Positions 20,534 through 31,540 are shown, counted from the stretch's first letter. The stretch is 64,000 nt of DNA from Vicinamibacterales bacterium (GCA_029940535.1 JAPYUM010000014.1:1007-65006), one strand, 5' to 3'. The notes: a model not told the origin generated them from the sequence alone. Numbers and translations: made by a program.

Positions 20534-21238
20534 TTATCGGCGTGAACGGGTCGTCCGTTCCTGCTGCGCCGGCTTGTGCCCCACGAAGATGGTGTGCTTG
20601 GAGCCACCCTTCTCACGGCGGGCCCGGACGCGGTCGGACTGTGCGTTGAACCCGTGGAAGCGTAGACGCTGCTCGAACTTCCTGTCATCCCAGGCCGACC
20701 AGACGGCCAGTGTCCCGCCGCGCTTGAGCGCCTGGTAGGCGGCGGCGACGCCGGCGTTGTCGTAGAGCCCGCAATTGTTGAGGGAGGTAAACGCGGAGGG
20801 ACCGTTGTCGACATCAAGCAGAATCGCATCGAATTTGTCGGAGTTCGCACGGAGTGTGAATCCGACGTCCGTCACGTCGATGCGCACGCGTCTGTCGCTC
20901 AGCGGGCGGTCGGCGAGCGGCGCGAGCGGTCCACGGTTCCACTGCACCACGGCCGGCACGAGTTCTGCCACCGTCACCACCGCGTCCGTCGGGAGCAGGT
21001 CCAGGGTTGCTCGCAAGGTGAACCCCATGCCGAGGCCGCCCACCAGCACGCGGGGCCGTTCGACGGTAGCCAGCCGGCCGCAGGCGCGGGTCGCCAGCGA
21101 TTCTTCGGACCCGTGGGCGCGGCTCGACATCAAGGTCTGCCCGTTCACCAGGATCACGTACTCTCCGTCACGCTCCGTCAGGCGCATGTCATTGCCGTCC
21201 GGCGTGTCAGTCTGCCCGAGCTCTTTCCACGGTTTCAT
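20534..21238 (-). CDS. Spermidine-synthase-like SAM-dependent methyltransferase-fold protein
   Basis: 234 aa. VLVGGLGMGFTLRA (GxGxG) and ILLDVDNGP, typical of the PABS-like family. Confidence 0.65.
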   Translation of the reverse strand: MKPWKELGQTDTPDGNDMRLTERDGEYVILVNGQTLMSSRAHGSEESLATRACGRLATVERPRVLVGGLGMGFTLRATLDLLPTDAVVTVAELVPAVVQWNRGPLAPLADRPLSDRRVRIDVTDVGFTLRANSDKFDAILLDVDNGPSAFTSLNNCGLYDNAGVAAAYQALKRGGTLAVWSAWDDRKFEQRLRFHGFNAQSDRVRARREKGGSKHTIFVGHKPAQQERTTRSRR

Positions 21239-21322
21239 GTCTGGGCGCCGAACTTTTTCACTACGCCGATGACGATGGGCGAAGGAACGGAGGAATGGTA
21301 CGACCCGCCGCGGAGTCGTCGG

Positions 21323-21580
21323 TCAGCCGCTGGAGTCTCCGGGTTCGGGTCGCCTCGGCGTAAATCGGATGGTGTATCTGGCCCCGTCCACCCGTTTGCG
21401 TTTGCCGTCGATCCATCCGTAACTGAGTGCTTCGTCGACTGACTCCGGCCAGGTGAGACTGGGGGTGCCGGTCGCCTTCTTGTAGTAGCCGACCCATAAC
21501 TCCTGTGAGGTGTCGTGATGGGTGTCGAGCCACCGTCGGAAGGCGTCAGGGGATTCGAAGTAGGTCGGTTCTTCGAGCAC
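21323..21580 (-). pseudogene. Truncated YdeI/OmpD-associated-family gene (N-terminal ~80 aa only)
   Basis: 85 aa. FESPDAFRRWLDTHH...ELWVGYYKK...SLTWPESVDEALSYGWIDGKRKRVDGARYTIRFTPRRP matches the N-terminal half of ~190-aa family members as I recall them. The remaining 84 nt before the next gene encode nothing similar in any frame. Confidence 0.45.
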
Positions 21581-21603
21581 GCCCTAAGAGTACGCTAGCG
21601 GGG

Positions 21604-21609
21604 TAGAAT
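21604..21609 (+). promoter_or_regulatory. Candidate -10 box (GGTAGAATC) upstream of PQQ-E
   Basis: TAGAAT lies 43 nt upstream of the ATG at 21652. It has the same 9-mer core as at 8459-8467. AT-rich hexamers are rare in this DNA. Confidence 0.25.
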
Positions 21610-21651
21610 CCAGACGATCATCGGCCACCTCTGGTTACCTGGAGTCTCGCG

Positions 21652-23415
21652 ATGGACCTACACCGTTCCGTGTTCCGACCTGCCTCCGTGTCGCTTGCCG
21701 GAGTCGTGTTCTTGGCGCTGAGCGGCGTCCACGCCGTGGCCCAGTCCGCGGCACAGGAAGGTCAGTTCGTTCCTGTCACGGACGCCATGTTGCAGAACCC
21801 GTCGCCTGACGATTGGCTCATGTGGCGCAGGACGCTCGACGGCTGGGGGTACAGTCCGCTCGATCAGATCGACCGCGACAACGTGGGCGATCTGCAGATG
21901 GTCTGGACCCGGGCGCTGGCGCCCGGGGCTCAGGAGGGCACGCCCCTGGCCTACGGCGGCACGCTGTATATGCCGAATCCGAACGAAATAGTGCAGGCAA
22001 TCGACGCGGTTACCGGCGACCTGCGGTGGGAGTACCGACGCGACATTCCGGACGATGTCGCCGAGGTGATGGGTGGGCTGACCGAGAATAACCGGAACAT
22101 CTCGATTTACGGCAACCTCATAATCGACACGGCCAACGACGACTACATCTACGCCCTCGACGTGGGCACCGGCGAACTGGTCTGGGAAAATCAGATTTTT
22201 GACTATCGTGTCCATCCGGCGCGGCACTCGGCGGGCCCGATTGTCGCCAACGGGAAAGTGATCTCCGGGCGGAGCTGCCGGCCTCGAGCCGGGCCGGTGT
22301 CCTGTGTGATCCTCGCGCACGATGCGGTCACTGGCGAGGAGCTCTGGCAGACTCGCCTCATTCCGCGCCCGGGTGAGCCGGGTGATGAAACCTGGGGTGG
22401 CGTGCCCTACGAGGAGCGGATGCATGTCGGGTCGTGGATGGTACCGAGCTACGACCCCGAGTTGAATCTCGTCTATGTCGGCACTTCCGTCACGTCGCCG
22501 GCGCCGAAGTTCATGCTGGGCGGCCACGAGAACCGTCACCTGTATCACAACTCGACACTTGCCATTGACGGCGACACCGGCGAGATCCGGTGGTACTACC
22601 AGCACCTCAACGACCACTGGGATCTCGACCATCCCTACGAGCGGTTGTTGGTCGATACCGCGGTGACACCGGACGCGAGTGCGGTGTCCTGGATCAACCC
22701 GCGGCTGCGGCCGGGGGAGACTCGAAAGGTGATCACCGGCATTCCCGGCAAGACCGGCGTGGTCTACACGCTCGATCGGGAGACGGGGGAATTTCTCTGG
22801 GCGACGCCGACCGTTCCACAGAACGTCATCAGCAGCATCGACGGCGCGACCGGCGCGGTGACTGAGAACGCCGAGGTCGTCTTTACCGGGCTGGGGCAGG
22901 AGGTGGTGTCCTGTCCTTCCTGGGCTGGCGGCAAGAACTGGCCCGCCGGCGCCTATAGCCCGTTGACCAATACCATGTATTTTCCGCTCAAGCAGACCTG
23001 CGCACGGGTACTGTCGACGATGGACGGGGGGCTCGCCATCTATCGTCTGGCGGCCAGATTCGAGCTGCCACCAGGCGTTGAAAATCTTGGCACCGTGCGA
23101 GCGATCTCGGTCGAGACGGGGAAGACGAGCTGGTTGCACGAGCAACGCGCCGCCACTCACTCGTTGGTCGCCACCGGCGGGGGACTGGTGTTCGGGGGCG
23201 ACGGCAACGGGCGGTTCCGCGCCTTTGACCAGGAGACGGGCGAGGTGCTGTGGGAGATCAATCTCGGCTCGCCCGTCACTGGGTTTCCGATCACCTACGC
23301 GGTCGATGGACGGCAGTACGTGGTGGCGAGCACCGGGACTCGCACCGAGGGGCTCACCCCGGAACTGCGGCCGAGCGCCGGCAACAACCTGTTCGTCTTC
23401 GCCCTTCCGGACTAG
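21652..23415 (+). CDS. PQQ-dependent dehydrogenase, methanol/ethanol-family-like propeller, no cytochrome domain (PQQ-E)
   Basis: 587 aa, with signal peptide. [33 protein letters not shown]; repeated propeller W-motifs; ends FVFALPD. Confidence 0.85.
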   Translation: MDLHRSVFRPASVSLAGVVFLALSGVHAVAQSAAQEGQFVPVTDAMLQNPSPDDWLMWRRTLDGWGYSPLDQIDRDNVGDLQMVWTRALAPGAQEGTPLAYGGTLYMPNPNEIVQAIDAVTGDLRWEYRRDIPDDVAEVMGGLTENNRNISIYGNLIIDTANDDYIYALDVGTGELVWENQIFDYRVHPARHSAGPIVANGKVISGRSCRPRAGPVSCVILAHDAVTGEELWQTRLIPRPGEPGDETWGGVPYEERMHVGSWMVPSYDPELNLVYVGTSVTSPAPKFMLGGHENRHLYHNSTLAIDGDTGEIRWYYQHLNDHWDLDHPYERLLVDTAVTPDASAVSWINPRLRPGETRKVITGIPGKTGVVYTLDRETGEFLWATPTVPQNVISSIDGATGAVTENAEVVFTGLGQEVVSCPSWAGGKNWPAGAYSPLTNTMYFPLKQTCARVLSTMDGGLAIYRLAARFELPPGVENLGTVRAISVETGKTSWLHEQRAATHSLVATGGGLVFGGDGNGRFRAFDQETGEVLWEINLGSPVTGFPITYAVDGRQYVVASTGTRTEGLTPELRPSAGNNLFVFALPD

Positions 23416-24104
23416 TAATCGGCGGCTTCGACTCGCCGCAGGAGATCGATGGCCGTGGTCGCCGCCGCGCGCTCTCCGGAGCGAAGTTCGCGAGCCAGCA
23501 CGCCGGTGACGTTCGCCACCGCCAGGCTGAGACCACTCAGCTCGTTCGTTGGCGCCACTCCCGGCATCGGTCTCGGGTAGCCGGATGCGTGACACGTGGG
23601 CGGCCCGTCGTCACGGTCGTCGACCCTTACGTCCAGCCGCGGACATCCCCAGTCCAGTTCGACCGGGACGACGCCCGGCAGGCTCCCCGGCAGATAGTCG
23701 ACGCCATCATGCGCTCGAGCAGCGACGAGGAGCGCGCCGGCGCGGGACGCGTCCTCGACCGCCTGTCGCAACCGGCGTGCAGGGCCCGGCACCGTGGTCC
23801 CGAGACTGAGATTGATCAGGTCGACCTGTCGGCGAGCGGCCCAGACAATGGCCGAGACCAGGGTCTTCACCGGTGCCGTGAGGGCCCAATCGAACACCTT
23901 CACCACGAGCAATTCGGCCCCCGGCGCGCGCTCCTGTATGGCCGCGGAGACGGCCGTCCCGTGGCCGAGCCGATCGAAGTAGTCAGGAGAGGTCGAGCCG
24001 TCCGGTCTGATGGTCACGCCCATGGCGACCGGCCCGATCTGTGGGTGAGCGAGGCTCACACCACTGTCGATGACCGCCACGCGAACTGGCTCGTCTGGCA
24101 TCAC
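23412..24104 (-). CDS. Small signal-less subtilase (S8)-like protein, possibly with a degenerate oxyanion hole
   Basis: 230 aa. VAVIDSGV (Asp), GHGTAVS (His), INLSLG, and GLSLAVANVTG in place of GTSMAxPHVxG (Ser). The AAGN motif reads AARA. No signal peptide. Confidence 0.6.
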   Translation of the reverse strand: MMPDEPVRVAVIDSGVSLAHPQIGPVAMGVTIRPDGSTSPDYFDRLGHGTAVSAAIQERAPGAELLVVKVFDWALTAPVKTLVSAIVWAARRQVDLINLSLGTTVPGPARRLRQAVEDASRAGALLVAARAHDGVDYLPGSLPGVVPVELDWGCPRLDVRVDDRDDGPPTCHASGYPRPMPGVAPTNELSGLSLAVANVTGVLARELRSGERAAATTAIDLLRRVEAADY

Positions 24105-24164
24105 GGTCAGACGATGCTGGCTCCGGCACCGGCGAGAGGCGTCGGTCCCAGGGTGACCGGTGGG

Positions 24165-25775
24165 TTACGCGCCGACGAGCACGCCCATGCTGGCCGCCCG
24201 GCGCTCGAGAAACTCCGTGTAGGTGTAGTGGTGGTCCAGGAGGTCGTCCTCGGTGATCTCGATGACCCGGTTGCTCAGCGACTCGATCAGCTCGACGTCG
24301 TGCGACCCGAAGATGAGGGTGCCGGTACGTTTGGCCAGCGCGGTGTTCAGCGACGTAATCGATTCGAGGTCGAGGTGGTTGGTGGGGCCGTCCAGAATCA
24401 AGCACTGCGGGTCTTCGAGCATCAAGCGGGAAATCATGCATCGAACCCGTTCACCGCCGGACAGCACAGTCACGGACTTTCGTGACTCTTCACCGGTGAA
24501 CAGCATGCGGCCCAGGAACTGACGGATGAACCCTTCGTCTTTCTCGTCGCTGAACTGACGCAACCAGTCGATGACGCTGAGGTCCTTCTCGAACAGGTGT
24601 CCGTAGTCCTTCGGGAGAAATGAGCGTCGGATCGAATCACCCCAGAGTACGGTACCGGTGTCCGGCTCCTCCACCCCGGCGAGAATCTCCAGGAATGCCG
24701 TCACGGCCACGGAGTTTCGCGACACCACCACCACGCGTTCGTCCCGGCCGATCGTGAGGTTGACACCCTCGAACAGCCGTTGCCCACCGGCGGACTTCGA
24801 CAGGTTCTTCACGCTCAGCATCGCCTTCCCGTGGACCTTGGAGGCGTCGAACACGATGTGCGGGTATTTTCTCGATGAGGGCGCAATGGCCTCCACGTCG
24901 AGCTGGTTCAGCATTTTCTTGCGCGAGGTTGCCTGCTTCGACTTGGACGCATTGGCGCTGAACCGGGCGATGAATTCTTTGAGTTCGCGCGCCCGATCCT
25001 CGTTCTTGTCTTTCTTGGCCTGTCGGTGCCGAAGTGCGATCTCGCTGGCTTCGCGCCAGAAATCGTAGTTACCGGTGTACATCCGAACCTTCTGAAAATC
25101 GATGTCCGCGGTATGGGTGCATACCTTGTTCAGAAAGTGGCGGTCGTGCGAAACCACGATGACCGTGTTCTGAAACGAGAGCAGAAATTCCTCGAGCCAG
25201 AGAATCGAGTCGACGTCCAGGTGGTTCGTCGGCTCATCCAGCAGGAGGATGTCGGGGTCCCCGAACACCGCCTGAGCCAGCAGCACCCTGACCTTGTCAC
25301 CGTCGTCGAGATCGCGCACCAGGACCTCGTGGCGAGACACCGGAATGCCCAGTCCACCCAGGAGCTCGCCGGCCTGGGCTTCGGCCTCCCAGCCGTTCAG
25401 CTCGCCGAACTCCGCCTCCAACTCGGCCGCTCGCATGCCGTCGGTCTCATCGAAGTCCGACTTCGCATAGAGGGCGTCCTTTTCCTGCATGACGGCATAC
25501 AGGCGCTCGTGCCCCATCAGCACCGTCGTCAGTGCCTCGACGTCATTGAAGGCGAAATGGTCCTGCTTGAGGACGGCCAGGCGTAGACCCGGCGGGACGA
25601 TGACCTGCCCGGCGAACGGGTCGACGTCACCCGACAAGATCTTCAGCAGCGTGGACTTGCCGGCGCCGTTGGGCCCGATCAGGCCGTAGCAGTTGCCCTC
25701 GGTGAACTTGAGTGACACATCCTCGAAGAGGACGCGTTCCCCGTACTGGAGACATAGCCCTTGCGTACTAATCAT
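24165..25775 (-). CDS. ABC-F family ATPase (YbiT-like) with a degenerate second nucleotide-binding site
   Basis: 536 aa. NBD1 is canonical: GPNGAGKST and LLLDEPTNHLD. The linker RFSANASKSKQATSRKK is typical of ABC-F. In NBD2 the Walker A reads SRNSVAVT (no Gly-Lys), Walker B reads LILDGPTNHLD (Glu to Gly), and the LSGGE signature is intact. Confidence 0.88.
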   Translation of the reverse strand: MISTQGLCLQYGERVLFEDVSLKFTEGNCYGLIGPNGAGKSTLLKILSGDVDPFAGQVIVPPGLRLAVLKQDHFAFNDVEALTTVLMGHERLYAVMQEKDALYAKSDFDETDGMRAAELEAEFGELNGWEAEAQAGELLGGLGIPVSRHEVLVRDLDDGDKVRVLLAQAVFGDPDILLLDEPTNHLDVDSILWLEEFLLSFQNTVIVVSHDRHFLNKVCTHTADIDFQKVRMYTGNYDFWREASEIALRHRQAKKDKNEDRARELKEFIARFSANASKSKQATSRKKMLNQLDVEAIAPSSRKYPHIVFDASKVHGKAMLSVKNLSKSAGGQRLFEGVNLTIGRDERVVVVSRNSVAVTAFLEILAGVEEPDTGTVLWGDSIRRSFLPKDYGHLFEKDLSVIDWLRQFSDEKDEGFIRQFLGRMLFTGEESRKSVTVLSGGERVRCMISRLMLEDPQCLILDGPTNHLDLESITSLNTALAKRTGTLIFGSHDVELIESLSNRVIEITEDDLLDHHYTYTEFLERRAASMGVLVGA

Positions 25776-25837
25776 GATTTTCTGCCAGCTGTATCGAATG
25801 ATGCCCGACGTCTGGGTTGACCCGCGTCCGGCGTGAC

Positions 25838-27127
25838 CTACGCCTCGCCGTACGAGCGCTCGAACAGGTCCTCGATCGCCTGTCGGCCAGCATCAGTCAG
25901 AAACCGGGTTCCCGTGCCGGCAAAGCGAGTCCGATGGATCCGCAGCGCCTCCACCTCGGTCCAACGGTCGCCGGTCCAGCTAAACCACTGGAGCTTGGTC
26001 TGGTCATAGACAAACAACCGCTTCCGCAGGTGCTTGGCCAGCTCCGCTCCCCAGCCGGTCCCACCCTTGACCGTGTCGTCGTCGAGAATCTCTCCGATGA
26101 CGAACACTTCTCCGGCGGTCGACACTTGATGCCAGATCGACTTCAACAGCCGCTGAAACGTTGGAGTATCCGGAAACGACCGATGCAGCTGCGCGGTGAT
26201 GTAGGCCTCGCTGACGCTGCCTCGCTCGAGTTCCGCGTCAGACAGTTCGACGAGCCCTCGGCGGCGGGCTGGATCCCGTCCGGCAAACGAGAAATTGATC
26301 TCACTCAGCCCTCGGCGCTCCGCCGCGGCGCCAAACGCGGCCTCGGCCCCGTTGGCGCCGCCGGACAGGAGCGTGAATGCCCGAGGCGGTAGGGCAATCT
26401 CTGTCTCGGCCGCGCCATCCTCAACGAGACGCATCGTATCGGTGTGCAACTGCAGTGACGTATCCGCCGGCGGGTCCGTCTCGTGATCCTTGACGAGCCG
26501 CACACTGACATGCGTGCCCTCCGGCTCCAGAAAGACCCCGATGTCGATCACCTCGGCGTAGGCGGCGCAGGGTGGGGTGAGTGACGTGGGGTGCGCCGGG
26601 GTGACGTCGCGATGGGTCTGGGCCGACAGCCACAGCACCGCGCCCAGCCGCTTGGCCACGAGCTTCAGTGCGCCGAGTTCGGCGGCTCGCTCGACGACGG
26701 CTCCGGACTCCCAGTCCAGGCCATCGATGATGATCACGGCCGGCTTGAACCGTGCCCGGTCGTACAGCGTGACGATGTCCTCGAGACGCGCGTGGCCAAA
26801 GTCCGTGTCGGCCGATGCCTGGATCACCCGGTGCTCGTTGATCACCGCTCGTACCTGCTCACGGTCCTCGAGCTGGGTGGTGTGAGCCAGATCATCGAAC
26901 AGCGCGTCGTACCAGGACCGGACGTGTTCCAGGTCCTGTCCCAGGGCCACGTGGAGCACGGGCTGCTTCCGCATGGCGGCATCGAGTCCGACCTGCACCA
27001 GGAAGGCGGTTTTGCCGACACCGGCGCGCGCCATGACGACGCCCAGTTCGCCGGGCACCAGACCCCCGCGGCAGCAGCGCTCGAGGATGCGGATGGGACT
27101 GTTGTTGCTGACTTGTTCTGCGTACAT
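25838..27127 (-). CDS. RecA/KaiC-like P-loop ATPase fused to a C-terminal SLOG-like (YpsA/DUF2493/LOG-type) Rossmannoid domain
   Basis: 429 aa. N-terminal half: RGGLVPGELGVVMARAGVGKT (Walker A) and PAVIIIDGLD (Walker B), KaiC/RadA-like layout. C-terminal half: LLSGGANGAEAAFGAAAERRG and KGGTGWGAELAKHL, resembling the two Gly-rich SLOG motifs. Domain assignment is by motif only. Confidence 0.55.
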   Translation of the reverse strand: MYAEQVSNNSPIRILERCCRGGLVPGELGVVMARAGVGKTAFLVQVGLDAAMRKQPVLHVALGQDLEHVRSWYDALFDDLAHTTQLEDREQVRAVINEHRVIQASADTDFGHARLEDIVTLYDRARFKPAVIIIDGLDWESGAVVERAAELGALKLVAKRLGAVLWLSAQTHRDVTPAHPTSLTPPCAAYAEVIDIGVFLEPEGTHVSVRLVKDHETDPPADTSLQLHTDTMRLVEDGAAETEIALPPRAFTLLSGGANGAEAAFGAAAERRGLSEINFSFAGRDPARRRGLVELSDAELERGSVSEAYITAQLHRSFPDTPTFQRLLKSIWHQVSTAGEVFVIGEILDDDTVKGGTGWGAELAKHLRKRLFVYDQTKLQWFSWTGDRWTEVEALRIHRTRFAGTGTRFLTDAGRQAIEDLFERSYGEA

Positions 27128-27147
27128 CTGATTCTGCCCTCAGGACA

Positions 27148-29229
<2,082 letters not shown>

Positions 29230-29545
29230 GCTCTCTTACCTTTCGACACACAACGGTCGCATTCGCGAGTGCGATGAGCAACGGCACGCTGGCCGACCTG
29301 ACGGCCGCCAGCCCTGAGGGCACTTTTCTGAGCCGTGTCCTCAGCACATCAGCGTCCGCCCACCGAGTGGGCAACGCCGGGGCAATTTCCGATGGATGCG
29401 GGGCCCTCGAATTCAACCGGCGCGGGACGCGCGGCACGATTCACGGGCGAGGGCCCAAAACTCACATGCGGGGATGCGGATCACCGTCGCACAGTCTCAC
29501 AGTGTACCTCAATCAGAGCCGAAGAGGTAGACAGGTGTTCAGCCA

Positions 29546-31540
29546 TCACTCCGGCAAGGCGAACGCCCAGAACCCCAGACCAGACGCGATCGCGACATAC
29601 TGTCGCCCGCCGACCATGTAGGTCATCGGCGACGCCTTCCAGTCTTGATTGGCTTGGAAGTGCCACAACGGTTCGCCGGTGCGAGCGTCGAGCGCGGCAA
29701 ACGCGCCGCTGTCTTCCCCGAAGAACACCAGGTCACCAGCGGTCGACAGCACGCCGGAATACGTCTGCGCCTTCCCCGTCTGCGCGTAGCTCCAGGCGAC
29801 ATCGCCGGTCTGGATGTCGATGGCTCGGATGAACTTCTGGTTGGGCGAGCCCTCCGCGAGGCGCACCGACCCACCCAGCCAGCTTCGGCCGCGTTGCCAG
29901 TCCTGATCGTTCTTGGTGTAGGTCATACACGACTCGTGGGCGAGCAGGTAGAACAGCTTGGTCCCGGGGTGATAACTGGTCGCCCACCAGTTGGTGGCGC
30001 CGCGAATGGCGGGGCAGACGTCCGACCCGGTGTCGGTCGGGTCCGTCCCCGGCAACACGATGGGGCGGCCGCTGTCGTCCATGCCCTCGGCCCAGGTCTG
30101 ATTGACGAACGGCTCACCCAGCAGGAACTGCCCGGTGGTACGGTCGAGCACGTAGAAGAACCCGTTGCGGTTGCCTTGCACCAGCAGCTTGCGCGGCCGG
30201 CCCTGGAACTCTTCGTCAATCAGCAGCAGCGGTTCCTGGGCGTCCCAGTCGTGGGTGTCGTGGGGGGTGAACTGGAAATACCAATCGAGCGTACCCGTGG
30301 CTGGCTCCAAGGCGAGCACGGAATTCGTATAGAGGTTGTCCCCCGGGCGTCGCTCGCCGTTGAGATCCGGACAGGGGTTGCCGGTCGACCAGTAGAGCCG
30401 GTCGAGTTCGGCGTCGTAGCTTCCGGTGAGCCAGGTCGCGCCGCAGCCGCGCGCCATCACCGCCGGGTCACCCCAGGTCTCAGACCCGGGTTCGCCGGGA
30501 CCGGGGATGGTCCAGAACCGCCAGGCCCGCTCGCCCGTGTCGGCATGATAGGCGTCGAGGAAGCCCCGGAGGCCGGTGTCGCCGGCGCTGACTCCCGCAA
30601 TGACGAGGTCGTTCACCACCAGCGGGGCCGCCACCGCGCCATAGTGGTCGTAGGAGTCGGCCATTTCGGTGTCCCAGACGAGCGCCCCGGTGAACCGGTC
30701 GAGGGCGATGACGTGCGCGTGGTCGGTGACCGTAAACAGCAGGTCCCCGCGCACCGCGACACCGCGATTGAGCCCGATGGCAGGATCACCGACCAGACCC
30801 TCGGTGCGGGGCTGTGAATAGCGCCAGAACTCGCGGCCCGTCGTGGCATCGAGGGCGTAGACCTGGTTCGGGGCGGTCACATACATGACGCCGGCGATCA
30901 CCACCGGGGTGCCCTCGATCATCGGCATGTCCGGAATCGGAAAGAACCACTGGACGGCCAGTTGGTCCACGGTGTTGCGGTCGATCTGATCGAGGAGACT
31001 GTGTCGATTCGACGTGTCGCTCCCGTTGTAGGATGCCCAGTCGACGGACGGATGGATGTCGTCCTCTCGGTATGCCTCTCCGGCTCGCCGAAGCAAGTGG
31101 AGGCTGCCATCGTCCGTCCGAATCTGCGCGTCGAAGCCGCTTTCGTTCAGGATGGTGCCGCTGAGGGCGGTGCCGGCGATCAGGCTGAGGGTCCCCTGCC
31201 GTGGTCGTGGGGCACGCGGGTCGAGAGCGCCGGGGGAAGCTGCGGCGGCCAGCGTCTTCAAATAGGTGACGAGCGGGCCCAATTCCTCGACCGGGACCTC
31301 GATCGCCGGCATCCCTTTCGAGGCGACACCGTCCGTGATGATGGTGGCCAGTCGGTCGGTCGCGCTGGTCTGCAGCGTCGGGATGATCGAGGGGGCTCGG
31401 TCCGTGCCCTCGGCGTCACTGCCGTGGCAGAGTGCGCAGCGGGTCTGATACGACTCCGCGCCTTGAGCCGCGGTCAGACCTGGTGCCGACAGGAGCAGCA
31501 GCGACGTAACAGTCACCGTAGCGGAGAGTGAGGATTTCAT
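29546..31540 (-). CDS. Quinohaemoprotein: N-terminal cytochrome c domain plus PQQ propeller (PQQ-G)
   Basis: 664 aa. Signal peptide, haem motif CALCHG near the N-terminus, then DWASYNGSDTSNRHSLLDQIDRNTVDQLAVQW and propeller repeats. Ends AFALPE. Confidence 0.85.
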   Translation of the reverse strand: MKSSLSATVTVTSLLLLSAPGLTAAQGAESYQTRCALCHGSDAEGTDRAPSIIPTLQTSATDRLATIITDGVASKGMPAIEVPVEELGPLVTYLKTLAAAASPGALDPRAPRPRQGTLSLIAGTALSGTILNESGFDAQIRTDDGSLHLLRRAGEAYREDDIHPSVDWASYNGSDTSNRHSLLDQIDRNTVDQLAVQWFFPIPDMPMIEGTPVVIAGVMYVTAPNQVYALDATTGREFWRYSQPRTEGLVGDPAIGLNRGVAVRGDLLFTVTDHAHVIALDRFTGALVWDTEMADSYDHYGAVAAPLVVNDLVIAGVSAGDTGLRGFLDAYHADTGERAWRFWTIPGPGEPGSETWGDPAVMARGCGATWLTGSYDAELDRLYWSTGNPCPDLNGERRPGDNLYTNSVLALEPATGTLDWYFQFTPHDTHDWDAQEPLLLIDEEFQGRPRKLLVQGNRNGFFYVLDRTTGQFLLGEPFVNQTWAEGMDDSGRPIVLPGTDPTDTGSDVCPAIRGATNWWATSYHPGTKLFYLLAHESCMTYTKNDQDWQRGRSWLGGSVRLAEGSPNQKFIRAIDIQTGDVAWSYAQTGKAQTYSGVLSTAGDLVFFGEDSGAFAALDARTGEPLWHFQANQDWKASPMTYMVGGRQYVAIASGLGFWAFALPE

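Noticed and set aside
21658-23595. 645-aa ORF on the minus strand covering all of PQQ-E
   Set aside because: It is antisense to a gene with clear PQQ-propeller motifs. Its translation is Arg/Pro/Gly-rich with no motifs, as expected for a high-GC shadow ORF.
23250-24485. 411-aa plus-strand ORF across the subtilase-like gene and the ABC-F 3' end
   Set aside because: It is antisense to two genes with recognisable motifs, and its translation has no motifs.
29230-29545. Structured RNA or small gene in the 316-nt region upstream of fusA
   Set aside because: Only short imperfect hairpins are present (e.g. CTGAGG...CCTCAG). The small ORFs are Arg/Pro-rich and unconvincing. It is most simply the promoter and 5' UTR.
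29546-31540. Calling any of the PQQ enzymes lanthanide-dependent
   Set aside because: I could not align the active-site Asp that discriminates Ln from Ca enzymes with confidence by eye. This is left as a check rather than a claim.
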